Part shown: piece after piece, positions 38,535 through 52,061 of the stretch | Layout: every line of letters begins with the position of its first letter | Position numbering within the stretch: position 1 is the first letter of the stretch | Source: Eledone cirrhosa | Taxonomy: Eukaryota | DNA length: 64,000 bases | Assembly: GCA_964016885.1 (NCBI GenBank) | Contig: OZ024755.1 | Location: forward strand, 19,220,001-19,284,000 | Reading direction: 5' to 3' | Program-made: the position numbers and the translations under genes | Notes under the pieces: model-generated | The model's database searches: none | What the model was told of the DNA's origin: nothing | The model's input: the letters and a program-made list of their open reading frames with translations, nothing else

Positions 38535-39722
38535 GCCACACTAACGTGGTTGGTCACACTGTAACGTGGTCGGCCGCACTGTAACGTGGTCGGCCGCACT
38601 GTAACATGGTCGGCCGCACTGTAACGTGGTCGGCCGCACTGTAACGTGGTCGGCCGCACTGTAACGTGGTCGGCCGCACTGTAACGTGGTCGGCCGCACT
38701 GTAACGTGGTCGGCCGCACTGTAACGTGGCCGGCCGCACTGTAACGTGGTCGGTCACACTGTAACGTGGTCGGTCACACTGTAACGTGGTCGGCCGCACT
38801 GTAACGTGGCCGGCCGCACTGTAACGTGGCCGGCCGCACTGTAACGTGGCCGGCCGCACTGTAACATGGTCGGCCGCACTGTAACGTGGCCGGCCGCACT
38901 GTAACGTGGTCGGTCACACTAACGTGGTCGGCTGCACTGTAACGTGGCCGGCCGCACTGTAACGTGGTCGGTCACACTAACGTGGCCGGCCGCACTGTAA
39001 CGTGGCCGGCCGCACTGTAACGTGGCCGGCCGCACTGTAACGTGGCCGGCCGCACTGTAACGTGGCCGGCCGCACTGCAACGTGGCCGGCCGCACTGCAA
39101 CGTGGCCGGCCGCACTGCAACGTGGCCGGCCGCACTGCAACGTGGCCGGCCGCACTGCAACGTGGCCGGCCGCACTGCAACGTGGCCGGCCGCACTGCAA
39201 CGTGGCCGGCCGCACTGCAACGTGGCCGGCCGCACTGCAACGTGGCCGGCCGCACTGCAACGTGGCTGGCCGCACTGCAACGTGGCCGGCCGCACTGCAA
39301 CGTGGCCGGCCGCACTGCAACGTGGCCGGCCGCACTGCAACGTGGCCGGCCGCACTGCAACGTGGCCGGCCGCACTGTAACGTGGTCGGCCCCACTGTAA
39401 CGTGGCCGGCCGCACTGTAACGTGGCCGGCCGCACTGTAACGTGGCCGGCCGCACTGTAACGTGGCCGGCCGCACTGTAACGTGGCCGGCCGCACTGTAA
39501 CGTGGCCGGCCGCACTGTAACGTGGCCGGCCGCACTGTAACGTGGTTGACCACACTGTAACATGGTCGACCACACTGCAACGTGGTTTACCACACTAACA
39601 TGGTTGACCACACTGTAACATGGTCGACCACACTGTAACGTGGTTTACCACACTAACGTGGTTGACCACACTGTAACGTGGTCAGTCACACTAACGTGGT
39701 TGACCACACTGTAATGTGGTTG
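38535..39722. repeat. GC/CpG-rich 20-bp minisatellite (about 58 copies)
   Basis: Unit CACTG(T/C)AACGTGG(C/T)CGGCCG, degenerate at both edges and running directly into the SINE-B 3' half. Confidence 0.95.
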
Positions 39723-41198
39723 GCCTTAAGAAAGGTATCCAGCTGTAGAAACCAAGTCAGAAACAGTCCTGTATGAACAAGATGTAGTCTCTGGACCTCA
39801 CTTGTCTCATAACCTGACAACCTGCCTAACCCATGCAAGCGTGGAAAAATAGACGTTAAATAATTGTTTCTACTTTTGGCACAAGGCCAGCAATTACCCA
39901 GTACATTACTGGTACTTTATTTTATCGACCCCGTAAGGATGGAAGGCAAAGTTAACCTCGGCGGGATTTGAACTCAGTCCGTAAAGGGACGTAACTGTGG
40001 TGCAAAGCATGGCGTCCGACCCTCTACCGATACTGCCAATCCACCGCCGATTAGACGTTAAATAATTGTTTCTATTTTAGGCACAAGGCCAGCAATTACC
40101 CAGTACATTACTGGTACTTTATTTTATCGACCCCGTAAGGATGAAAGGCAAAGTTAACCTTGGCGGGATTTGAACTCAGATCATAAAGGGACGTAACTAT
40201 GCTTCAAAGCATGGTGTCCGACCCTCTACCGATACTGCCAATCCACCGCCCTAAATTAGACGTTAAATAATGATATGATATTTGTTTAACCATCTAGTAC
40301 CCATGAGTGTACATCCTCCAGAAAGATCGATCGGTATGAGTATGATGTGGTCTCTGGACCCGACTTGTCTGATAATGTGACAACTTATCAAACCCATGCA
40401 GGTGTGGAAAAATAGACATTAAATGATGATTGTATGACAGAGAAAAATAAATTTTAAAAAGCAGCATGTTTGTATGTCTTTTGTTAATTTTAAGTAAATT
40501 ATTTTGCAGCACCATCGCAACTAAGTCACCTTTCCTTTTAAATACCATATATACACAAATATAAGCCGAACCCCTATTTTACGTCTCGAGTCCCACTTGG
40601 CTTTTCCCCACATCCAAGATTGATAGATATGTGTGTCTGCATGTGGGAACGTAGATGAGGAGGTGGGTAGGGATAAAGTAACTCAAAAAGCTCCATCCAA
40701 TCCATACCAACATGTGGAAAAGCAAATGTGGAACCGATGATGTAAGACTTTTGTAAACTTAGCTACAGAGAATATTATTGAATGGGGGTGATGCACGTGG
40801 ACAATGGTTGGTGGGTGAAGAAGAAGAGCCAGGAAATCCCAGTGAAAGGAAGCCACAGTAGTGGTAGACCTGGGCAGAGGTTGCAAGAGCTGACTTCAAA
40901 ACCACTGAAACTCACAGAGATGATTAAGCAACATGGCAAGTGGGAAGATGCCGTACTGAGAAGGGTCTGTCCAGCCCATGTGAGCATGGAAAAACAGACA
41001 TAAAAACAATGATGATGATGATGATGATGGAGATGCCATGAAAACAGAGTAATGCTTGGTAAAATAAAATACAGATGAGAAAATAAGAGCTAAACTGAGG
41101 AGAGATACCTGTAATTAGGCTCTTGATTAGTTTTTGAGAGCAGCAGCAAGGAAAGATAATTTATCATCATCATCACCATTTAACATCTATCTTCCATG

Positions 41199-41246
<48 letters not shown>

Positions 41247-41317
41247 CATCGTTTAGTGTCTGCTTTCCCTGCTAGCAAGGGTTGGCAGAGGAAGCAGACA
41301 TTAAACGATGATGATGA

Positions 41318-41363
<46 letters not shown>

Positions 41364-41590
41364 CGCGACTATATAAACATTCACCCACACACACACAATA
41401 AACTCTCACACATACACAATACACCCACACAATACACACACGCACATAAACATCTCTATAATAAACACATATATGTATTCAGTCTCTAGATATTATTTTG
41501 GTTTCGTTAAGTATCACTAGCCTGAAATGTTTGTAAGTGCTTTAGATTTGTTGTCGCTAGTGCAAGAAGGCTTGCAGAGGAAACACCCAC

Positions 41591-41729
41591 TCTGGCACCG
41601 ACTCTCTACCAAAGCTAGTACCATTATCAGCACAGCTGTAGTTACATAAAGAGAACTCTGTTGGAAGTAAAGCAACCATTTTAACATCTTCAAATGCTGT
41701 GGTGAAATCTTGACAATAATGAACCTCAT
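41591..41729 (-). CDS. ACVR1: Probable first coding (signal peptide) exon of the receptor
   Basis: ATG at 41729 or 41687. MLKWLLYFQQSSLYVTTAVLIMVLALVESRCQ has a hydrophobic core and ends at the phase-1 donor CAGA|gtgggt (41590), in frame with the 34246 exon. T-rich tract and AG upstream at about 41743. Confidence 0.55.
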
Positions 41730-42698
41730 TCAGACATTGTGTCTCCAAATATAAATAAAATAAAAACAAAAACTAAACCACCATTTCACAATATACCTCA
41801 GTTAAGTGCCATAAATATCAAGCCAAAAAGCAGCACCGATTCTACTGTTCCAAGAAGAAAAGTAAGGCCAATGAAGAAGGTACATGGCATCAAAGAGGCA
41901 GCAAAATAAATGTATGGGATCTTTTGAAATTCCTAGTGATGATGGTGATGATGATGATTTTCAAACTATATCTATTCCTTTTAGTCATCATCATCATTTT
42001 TATATCAGTTTTCCATGCTGCCTGTTGAGGCAATGTTGCTTTACACTATAAAGTGGTAGTGTTTGGGTTCATGACAATTAAGTGCCCAGTCCACACTGGA
42101 AAGTGGGCATTTTGGTGCCACATTAAAAAGCATCCAGTCCACCCTGTAAATGTGGTTGGTGTTAGGAAGAGCATCCTGCTATATAAACCAAGTCAGAAAC
42201 AGTTCCGTATGAGCAAAATGTAACCATCTGATTTGGCTTGTTTCACAATGGGACAACTCATCTTACCCATGATAGCGTGGAAAATGGACATTAAATGATG
42301 ATGATGCCTTTCCTAACTCCAGACATCTTAGTCACCTCTTAGGAGGACATGCTGGGATATTCTGTACTTAATCTAGCTGCCAAATTTTTCCCCAAACCAA
42401 ATTCCTCCTCATCATCACCTTACATCTGCTTTCCATGCTGATATGGGTTAGACCAGCTGCCATGAGGCTACAGTAGAAACACTTTGCTCAAGGTGCCATG
42501 TATTAAGATTGAATGTGGAACTAAGTGACTGCGAAACAAACTTCTGAACCACACAAGTCCTGCATTTTAAAAAATTCGTTTTTGAGCTGCCACCACTGGG
42601 ACATATCACATTGCTTGGTTTGGAGATCGAACTTGCAACCTCATGATTTTGAACCTAATTCTCTAACCACTAAGCCACCTACATTCACAGGTATATTA

Positions 42699-42874
42699 TA
42701 CAGTGAAATTCCATTCTACCGAAATTCACAGGGTATTAAAAAAATTTGTTATAACGAAAAATCCTTTATAACGAGATTGACAAACAAATCAAGTATTTAT
42801 TTGTTTATCACCTCGGGGATTGAAAAAAAATGTTGTTATACTGAAAACTTCATTATAATGGAATTTTACCTGCA
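42699..42874. mobile_element. Tigger/pogo-like MITE
   Basis: TA-CAGTGAAATTCCATT...AATGGAATTTTACCTG ends with internal TTATAAC repeats. Confidence 0.45.
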
Positions 42875-44416
42875 TATGGTAATACCTGAGCCTATTTCAC
42901 TTTATGCTTATACTTAATTCCAGTATTTTTCAACAATAAAATGTCTACATCCTTGTAATACTTCTTTACACTTACTGCCTCCTACAATTCTGCTTCACTC
43001 CTAGTTCCCACTGAATTATTCTCGTTTTGCACCTGCTATTTCTCTCTACTCTGTTTATACATTTTTTTACTTCGTTTTTTATTCACATATCTATCTATAA
43101 ATATATATATATATATACAAATCTTTTTTTATTCATATATATCTTTTTATTTATTTATATATATATATATATTTTTTAAATTCATATATCTTTTTATTTA
43201 TTTATTTATTCACATATATATTTTTATTCATATATATATTTATTTATTATTATTTATATATATGTGTGGGTCTTTTTGTTTTTTTGAAGATGACTATATA
43301 TATATATACATATTTTTATAACTGTATTAGGTCAACACTTTCAATGTCACTTGTCATTTTTTTTAAATCAACATCCTCTTCCAACTCTATTATGTAACTA
43401 TTGGTAGTGGCATTCAAATAATATACACTGACTATTTCATAGTTTGGGCTGTCATCACTAATCTTATATCACATCACTATCAGGGAACACACACACACAC
43501 ACACACTCTTTTTGATGTGTGAGTGTCTGTACACAATTGACCACAAGGCCATGTTGATGATGTCAGTGCCAGCTAGAATCAGTAAAAGGAAATGGGGTCT
43601 CATAAAACACAAATCTAACATGAAAGTAAATGTAAATGAACCTAAAAGATTTGATAGTTTGTATCAGAAATAAAAGCAGTAAATAACCAGCAAAAGGGAA
43701 CCTCCACATGGTTGCTTGCCTTGCAGCAAACAGCAGCCAAATCTCTCTCAAATCGCACCCTATTTTTAAAAAGGGGAAGTGTGTGGCTTAATGATTAGAG
43801 AATTGGATTCGCAGTTGTGAGGTTGCAAATTAGATTCCTGGACCAGGCATTGCGTTATGTTCTTGAGCAAGACACTTTATTTCATGTGACAAGTAGATAG
43901 TATTAAAAATTGGAAAGAGCAATGGAAACATTGTTTCCTTGGTCTGATTTGAGGATAGGTGTCACAGTGTATTGTCATGTGTGGCCTACTTCTTTGTCAT
44001 CTGGAAGACTCAACAACTGGGAAAACTGGCAATCTATGTTCTTCATGTAGTATACATTATGTATTTTTGACATGGGTTTTATGGTCAGGTGCTTTAGGGC
44101 CCCACCACACACCCTTCGGGGCCTCATTTATTAAAATATATTTTTATTTTATCATTAGTTTATATTCTTTAACCATCACGAAAAATTATCTACATTACTT
44201 ATTCTTTATCATTAACATTAAAAAAATATTAATCATTTATAATCATTTAAAATTTTTTTCCCCTCAATCTTTTTATAGAAGGGTCTCAAATTTCTTATAG
44301 CTTAAGGACTCAGCACATGAAAGTCCTGCTCAGTATGTATGTGTATGTGTGTATATATATATTATTATTATTCAAAATATTAATAAATGAGAAATATTCT
44401 CATAATCAAAATATAT

Positions 44417-44477
44417 ATTTTATTATACATATTTCAAAGGTACAATGGTGTTTAAGTACGTTTTCATCAGATAAAAT
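44417..44477 (-). ncRNA. Minimal hammerhead ribozyme, same family as 21287
   Basis: Minus strand ATTTTAT-CTGATGA-AAACGTAC...GTACCTTT-GAAA-TATGTA-TA-ATAAAAT. Confidence 0.55.
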
Positions 44478-44955
44478 ATAAGATTTGATATGCGACATAC
44501 CGCTACGGTTTTGCTTATTCAATTCCAATAGTGGCAGTGATTTATTTCACCAACCCTCAAACGTTTTTATGCCACAAAAGATATGATAAACTTAGAGAAG
44601 AGGATGTGGAGCAAGGTAGAAATATAGAAGGGGGGGTTGAGATGGAAGATGCAAAGAAAAAGAAGAGAAATAAACAAATAAATAAATAAATGAATAAAAG
44701 AAGAAAAAAAGGGGAATAAACACAGAAGGAAGGGATGATGCGGGAAGAAAAAAGAAAGAAAAAAAATCTTTGGTTATATATATATATATATATATGACCA
44801 GTAACAGAATGAATGATATCTAAGATTAGCATAGAGTAATGTTAGAGAAAAGTGTTATTTATAAAGGAAAAAAAACTGAGAATATTAAAGAATGTAGTTC
44901 TGATTCAAAAATAAACTGGCTACTATCTCACACACACACACACACACACATACAC

Positions 44956-44994
<39 letters not shown>

Positions 44995-45049
44995 TACACA
45001 CCCACACATACATACATACATAAATACACACATATACATACATGTATAT

Positions 45050-45112
<63 letters not shown>

Positions 45113-45275
45113 CACATATATACATATACACACACCCACATACATACACCCACATAAATACACACACACACACACACACATACATAAATACACACACACA
45201 CATAAATACACACACACATAAATACACACACACACACACACACACATAAATACACACACACACACATACATAAAT

Positions 45276-45310
<35 letters not shown>

Positions 45311-45884
45311 AATGAAAAATGACGAGCTGTGTTGTTGCAAATATGATATATATATATATATATATATATAATAAATGAAGAATTAGAAATAGAAGCCAGG
45401 ACTATCCGTCATCAGTGGTCTGCTAGCCATCATAGGTATTTCTTCGCATTACAGACCATATACCTCCGGCTAGGGCGATACAATAACTAAATTAAGTTAT
45501 TGGGATAAAAAGAGTTGGGTGGAGAAAGAGAGAGAAGTAAACAAACGCAAATGGTGAGGAAATATATATATATATATAATGATCTAATTCTCAATCATGA
45601 AATTGCAACAGATAATGACTAGTCATCACAGAAGAGAGCTAAAAACTTTCCTTCATTTTTTTTTGGAGTAATTTTTTTCCCATTTTTTTTCTCTCTCTCC
45701 CCACCCAGAAAGATCATGATTTAAGATATACAAGTAAAAATGGTGGATATGTCCAGACATAATGGCGTCACTGCTATATAAACAGGAGTCTAAGCAAAGT
45801 TCAGTAGCACAAAAATGGCCATGGCAGGTTACTATCAACTTCTACACACACACAGACAGAGAGAGAGAGACAGAGACAGACAGA

Positions 45885-45932
<48 letters not shown>

Positions 45933-46335
45933 AGGCCATGGCAGGCTACTATAAAATTCTACAGAAGAGAAAATAAGAGTGTGTGTGTGTATGTATGTGT
46001 TTGTAAGTGTGTGTGTGTGTGTATATATATATGTGTGTGTGTGTGAGTATGTATACGTCGGAGTGGGGGAGGAGGTTTAACGGTCGATTGATAAAAGGAG
46101 CTTTATGATAATTCAACCAAAAAAAGAAATTATGTTATTAATAGAAAATAAACATTCTATTTGCTGTTGGTGGTGTTGTAACTGTTGTTGTTGTTGTAAC
46201 TGTTGCTGTTGTTTATATATACTAAAATAGTTGACTCCAATATAGAGTTCACATAGAATAAGTCTTTTATTGAACTTACATATCAATGCTTTTTAGAGTT
46301 TACTGGCTTTGTAGCAGTGATACACGACTGGAGGG

Positions 46336-46750
46336 TTAACCCTTTCATGGCCACATTTCTAATGAAATATACACTATTTCAATTAATTCATTGTTTCTAT
46401 TTTAGGCACAAGGCCAGCAATTACCCAGTGCATTACTGGTACTTTATTTTCTCGACCCCGTAAGGATGAAAGGCAAAGTCAACCTCGGCGGGATTTGAAC
46501 TCAGTCCGTAAAGCGACGTAACTGTGCTGGAAAGCATGGCGCCTGACCCTCTACCGATACTGCCAATTCACCGTAATGAAGAATTTTGAGGGATTTACTA
46601 AATTTATTAATTATTTCATTACTAAGACAGTAACTTAATGTAAGGCTCTTATATAAAATTGTTGGATGATTTTAATTTAAATTGGATACCTTTAAAATAG
46701 GTAGTTTTATTTCATGGAACCAGAGCTGGTTTTAGTAACTAAAGGGTTAA
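46336..46750. mobile_element. Second piggyBac-type MITE family, interrupted by a SINE
   Basis: TTAACCCTTTC...TAAAGGGTTAA with a minus-strand SINE at 46391-46573. Uninterrupted relative at 13507-13725. Confidence 0.65.
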
Positions 46751-46924
46751 CCATAAGCAGGAATAGGGCATTGTTATGCATGCATGTGGTTATGTGCATA
46801 TGTATATATGTGTGTGTGTCTATGTTTGTGTGTATGTATGTTTATATATGTGTGTGTGTGTGTGTGTGTGCATATGTATATATGTGTGTGTGTGTGTGTG
46901 TCTATGTTTGTGTGTATGTATGTT

Positions 46925-46958
<34 letters not shown>

Positions 46959-47195
46959 TATGGGTATATGTGTGTGTGTATAAGACAAGGGAAGACTGAG
47001 CTGACTTCAGATCAGTAAATAAAGTGATCTGGCAGACCAGAGAGAGTAAAAAAAATAAATAAACAAACACCAAAAAAAAAAACCCACCAAATAAACAACC
47101 ATGATTTAGATACCAGACCATACAACTATACACATATTAAGGGAAAGGAAGAAAGCAGATGAATAGATGAATTGGCAAAAAAGGGAACACACAAG

Positions 47196-47226
<31 letters not shown>

Positions 47227-47234
47227 ATCCCCTG

Positions 47235-48400
47235 CCACTGCAAAGTGGTTGTGGAGGTGCCACGCAAAAAAGCACCCAGCCCACACTGTAAAGTAGACGT
47301 GGAGGTGCCACGCAAAAAAGCACCCAGCCCACACTGTAAAGTAGACGTGGAGGCGTCACGGAAAAAAGCACCCAGCCCACACTGTAAAGTAGACGTGGAG
47401 GCGCCACGCAAAAAAGCACCCAGCCCACACTGTAAAGTAGACGTGGAGGCACCACGGAAAAAAGCACCCAGCCCACACTGTAAAGTAGACGTGGAGGTGC
47501 CACGCAAAAAAGCACCCAGCCCACACTGTAAAGTAGACGTGGAGGTGCCACGCAAAAAAGCACCCAGCCCACACTGTAAAGTAGACGTGGAGGTGCCACG
47601 CAAAAAAGCACCCAGCACACACTGTAAAATAGACGTGTAGGTGCCACGCAAAAAAGCACCCAGCCCACACTGTAAAGTAGACGTGTAGGCGCCACGCAAA
47701 AAAGCACCCAGCCCACACTGTAAAGTAGACGTGGAGGTGCCACGCAAAAAAGCACCCAGCCCACACTGTAAAGTAGACGTGGAGGCGCCACGCAAAAAAG
47801 CACCCAGCCCACATTGTAAAATAGACGTGTAGGCGCCACGCAAAAAAGCACCCAGCCCACACTGTAAAGTAGACGTGGAGGCGCCACGCAAAAAAGCACC
47901 CAGCCCACACTGTAAAGTAAACGTGGAGGTGCCACGCAAAAAAGCACCCAGCCCACACTGTAAAGTAGACGTGTAGGCGCCATGCAAAAAAGCACCCAGC
48001 CCACACTGTAAAGTAGACATGGAGGTGCCACGCAAAAAAGCACCCAGCCCACACTGTAAAGTAGACGTGTAGGCGCCACGCAAAAAAGCACCCAGCCCAC
48101 ACTGTAAAGTAGACGTGTAGGCGCCACGCAAAAAAAGCACCCAGCCCACACTGTAAAGTAGACGTGTAGGCGCCACGCAAAAAAGCACCCAGCCCACACT
48201 GTAAAGTAAACGTGGAGGTGCCACGCAAAAAAGCACCCAGCCCACACTGTAAAGTAGACGTGGAGGTGCCACGCAAAAAAGCACCCAGCCCACACTGTAA
48301 AGTAGACGTGTAGGCGCCACGCAAAAAAAGCACCCAGCCCACACTGTAAAGTGGACGTGTAGGCGCCACGGAAAAAAAAAAGCACCCACCACTCACTGTA
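47235..48400. repeat. 48-bp minisatellite (about 24 copies) inside SINE-B
   Basis: Unit GTGGAGGTGCCACGCAAAAAAGCACCCAGCCCACACTGTAAAGTAGAC, followed by the SINE-B V-like domain and (GAT)n tail. Confidence 0.95.
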
Positions 48401-51002
48401 AACGAGGTTGGAGTTAGGAATGACATCCAGCTGTAGAAATCAAACCAGAATCAGTTCGCGTATGGGCAAGACAAGGTCAGCCGACTGGACACTGCCCACA
48501 ACAGGACAACCCATCTAATCCAAGCTAGCGTGGAAGAATGGACATAAAACGGTGATGATGATGATGATGATGATGATGATAATCATCATCACCATTTAAT
48601 GTCAATGTTTCCATGCTTGCATGGGTTAGACAGGCTGTCCACACCGGGAGACAAGACTGGTCAGGGTTGGACAGGCGTCGCATCTTGCTCCGGTGAGGAC
48701 TGTAAATTTGGCCTGGTGAGGAGGCTAAGCAGAACCCCCCCCCCCAAAAAAAAAGAAACAAACAAACGAGCTGTTAAAAAGAAAAGGGTGGATGAACTCC
48801 TCAGAGTCAATAGTCATCCACTCAGAAAAGACTATAATAATTTTACATCCTAGTTGGTTGAGAGATTATTCTATGTACTATACTGTCTTCCTCAGACAAG
48901 AAACATAGATAACAATAAAGAAAAAGAGAAAAACAGAATCTACAGAAACAAGGGATAGGCAAAAAATATAACAAAAAGAGTTCAAGTGGTCTGTGATGAG
49001 AAAGGAGTGTTTTAATAATTCAAGCAGGCATCTAAATAGATTTGTAGACACTTGAGAAGGTCTGTGCTGATTAACAGTAATTAATAATATACAAATTCAA
49101 AGACATTTCAACAATGAGAGGGAGGGAGGGAGGGAGGTAGGTAGGTAGGTAGGTGGGTAGGTGGGTGGGTGGGTGGGTGGGTGGGCGTGCGTGCGTGTGT
49201 CCATCCCTAAAATGCTTGACTGAACACGTGCTTCCTCTTCTATTTCTGATTCTATCTTCTGATGAAGGACTCTTTTCTATTGTATCAATAACTAACCCTT
49301 TAACATTACTCTATACTGACTATTATATTTTCATGGTAAAGGCTTTACCTCACATAATATCAAATTTGCTAGATTTTGATATTTATTTTAAGAACAAGAC
49401 CTTAACGTCTGCATGAGCAACCGGTTATGGCCAGTTTGAACAGAAAAGGGTAAGAGAATTTTGGCCAGATATGGCTAGTTTAAATACTAACTGGTTAATT
49501 CATATGAAAGTAATTACTGAACAAAATAGTTTTTCTTTTAGTTGAAAGACAACTTCTTGTCTACTGTTTAACCCTTTAGCATTTAAACTGGCCATATCTG
49601 GCCAGAATTCTCACCTCTTTCTGTTTAAACTGGCCACAACCAGCCGCTTATAATGATGTTATGGTATTGTTCTCAAAATAAATAATATCCAAATCTCATA
49701 GATTCGATATTATGTGAGATATTGTGTAAGATAAAGCCTTTACTGTGAAAATACAATAGTATATATAGAGTAATGTAAATGCTGAAGGCTTAATCAGAGG
49801 GAGACACTTTTCCAGACCTGGTGGAGAGGGAGGAAAGAAAGAACTTCAAACCAAAGACCTGCCAAGTGGTGATGTTAAACTGGGTAATGGATTAAGTCTA
49901 CTGTGTCAGTAGGCCGCAGATTGGTTTGAATTCAGAACACAAACAGCCATTACAAATCCTTCAAGACATTTTTACCCATGATCTAACAAATGCCATTTTG
50001 CCTCCCAACTCAGTCATTTAAATATGAGGAGTAAGAACCAGTATCATGAGGTAAACTACTGGAAATAAAATCATTCTTATAACAGGTGGGTATCATTTTT
50101 CCCCGAGCAACCCACACATCCAAGCCATTTAACCACATCCTGTTGGTCTTCTGCCATCTTCTTCTTTGCCCACTTATTTCTGAGATGGTCATGGGGGCAG
50201 AGTCCTCAAACACTCCTTACAGCAGGTCCTGTCAGAAACATTCATCTGGTTCAGCTAGAGAATGGATTGCAGACAACGACATGGCCACCAGATATGATGG
50301 TTAGCAGCGATATAAGTGGGCTCTTGCTAGACAAAAAATACAACCCCAGACAAACAATGGTAAACTACAAAGAGAGATGAAGCAATGGGTGACACCTTTA
50401 GCTCCTACGAAAACTCTCACAATCCAGTGACGTAGCTACAATGAGGCGAATAATGGCTGCCTTTAAAAAAGTACCAAATTAGTGACTGGCGTGAATAAGA
50501 CCACCAAATCACTGCAATATGGCTAGACACAACAAAGGCAGCTAATTTTATTACTATTCCATAATAATTTCCAAACCACCATAATCATTCATATTTGCTT
50601 TGAAATTCTTGGTGGTTCTGTCTAGCTAGCTTAGCAGCAACACATTAAATTTCTCCACCACAGACATGGTTTCTACAGAACCATTGATCTTTAAATCACT
50701 TTGTTATTGATTCCTCAAGATTTGTTGTAACTTTTGAAACTCTTATATGCTTCCTTGCACTAACAGATGATTTAGAATTTGTATCAACATTATATTTCAA
50801 AGAAAACTTAATGAGTTTTTTTCATTAGCATTGCCTGACTGAATATAAACAGCAAGAAGAAAGGAGAGAAGCAAATAAACATCATATAATTTTGGTGAGG
50901 TGAAAACGTTCAGGTCTTTGATGGCTAGTCCAAGTTTCACATGCACAAAGAAATGTTGCAATGATGCAAGCCTCATAAACTCAGTGCTTTTATATAGATT
51001 AT

Positions 51003-51602
51003 AATTGTTTCTACTTTTGGCACAAGGCCAGCAATTACCCAGTGTATTACTGGTACTTTATTTTATCGACCCCGTAAGGATGAAAGGCAAAGTTAACCTC
51101 GGCGGGATTTGAACTCAGAATGGCAAGGGCCGTAACTCTATGCATCAAAGCATGGCGTCCGACCCTCTACCGATACTGCCAAGCCACCGCCCTTAAAATA
51201 ATTGTTTCTACTTTTGGCACAAGGCCAGCAATTACCCAGTGCATTACTGGTACTTTATTTTATCGACCCCGTAAGGATGAAAGGCAAAGTTAACCTCGGC
51301 GGGACTTGAACTCAGAATGGCAAGGGCCGTAACTATGCGTCAAAGCACGGTGTCCGATCCTCTACCGATACTGCCAATCCACCTATAATAATCGTTTCTT
51401 ACCAGGCCAGCAGTTTTTGGGGGAGGGGAAAGTCGATTAAATCGACCCCAGTACATTACTGGTACTTTATTTTATCGACCCCGTAAGGATGAAAGGCAAA
51501 GTTAACCTCGGCTGGATCTGAACTCAGATCATAAAGGACCGTAACTCTATGCTGCAAAGCATGGCGTCTGGCCCTCTAACGACACTGCCAATCCACCGCC
51601 CT
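51003..51602 (-). mobile_element. Three head-to-tail SINE-A copies
   Basis: Consecutive near-identical copies ending ...CCACCGCCC. Confidence 0.85.
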
Positions 51603-52020
51603 TATATAAATTATAATAATAATAATAATAAAAATGAGGTTTTGTTATGTCATTTCGTTTATTGAGTAGTGACACACGTTTCGCTATTGATCGGTTCATG
51701 GTTCGAACTGTATCGGCCTGGCCAGACTCTGGAATCAAAAGCTATATATATATATATGATGATGATGATTCTCTTTCCCGATCTTAATACAACAGATTTC
51801 TTCCAGAGAAGGCTAGAGAGTGAGAGAAAGGACATGAGAAAGAGATATAGAGGAAGAATCGACCTCAGTACTTGACTGGTACTTTTTTTTTATTGACCTC
51901 GAAGGATGAAAGGCAAAGCTGCAGGAGTTAAGCAACATGTAAATCCACAATAACTGCGATAACATCTAAACCTATGCTAACGTGGAAGATAGACGTTCAA
52001 TCATCTGGCAGGAAGGTATA

Positions 52021-52061
52021 CGTTGCTGACGAGAGCTAATAAGCTTGAAACTAGTACAGCG
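52021..52061 (+). ncRNA. Minimal type-I hammerhead ribozyme (Penelope-like)
   Basis: CGTTG-CTGACGA-GAGCT(AATA)AGCTT-GAAA-CTAG-TA-CAGCG: intact core, 5-bp stem II, palindromic stem III ACTAGT, stem I CGTTG/CAGCG. Predicted GUA cleavage after 52056. Confidence 0.75.

Noticed and set aside
38531-39611. Repetitive ORFs up to 230 aa, and a possible CRISPR array
   Set aside because: 20-bp tandem repeat with no unique spacers, no cas genes and a eukaryotic context. ORFs are open on both strands only because the unit has few stops.
41517-41590. Longer first exon ending at a GC donor (AG|gctagt at about 41521)
   Set aside because: Also phase 1, but non-canonical and adds extra cysteines. The GT donor at 41590 is more parsimonious, although transcripts are needed to decide.
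44839-45340. His/Thr/Tyr/Ile or Cys/Val-rich ORFs here and at 17088-17434, 24249-25092, 46714-47018 and 55900-56263
   Set aside because: Translations of (CA)n/(TA)n microsatellites.
47106-48426. ORFs of 356-428 aa with 16-aa repeats
   Set aside because: 48-bp SINE-derived minisatellite, open in all three minus frames, with no splice or domain support.
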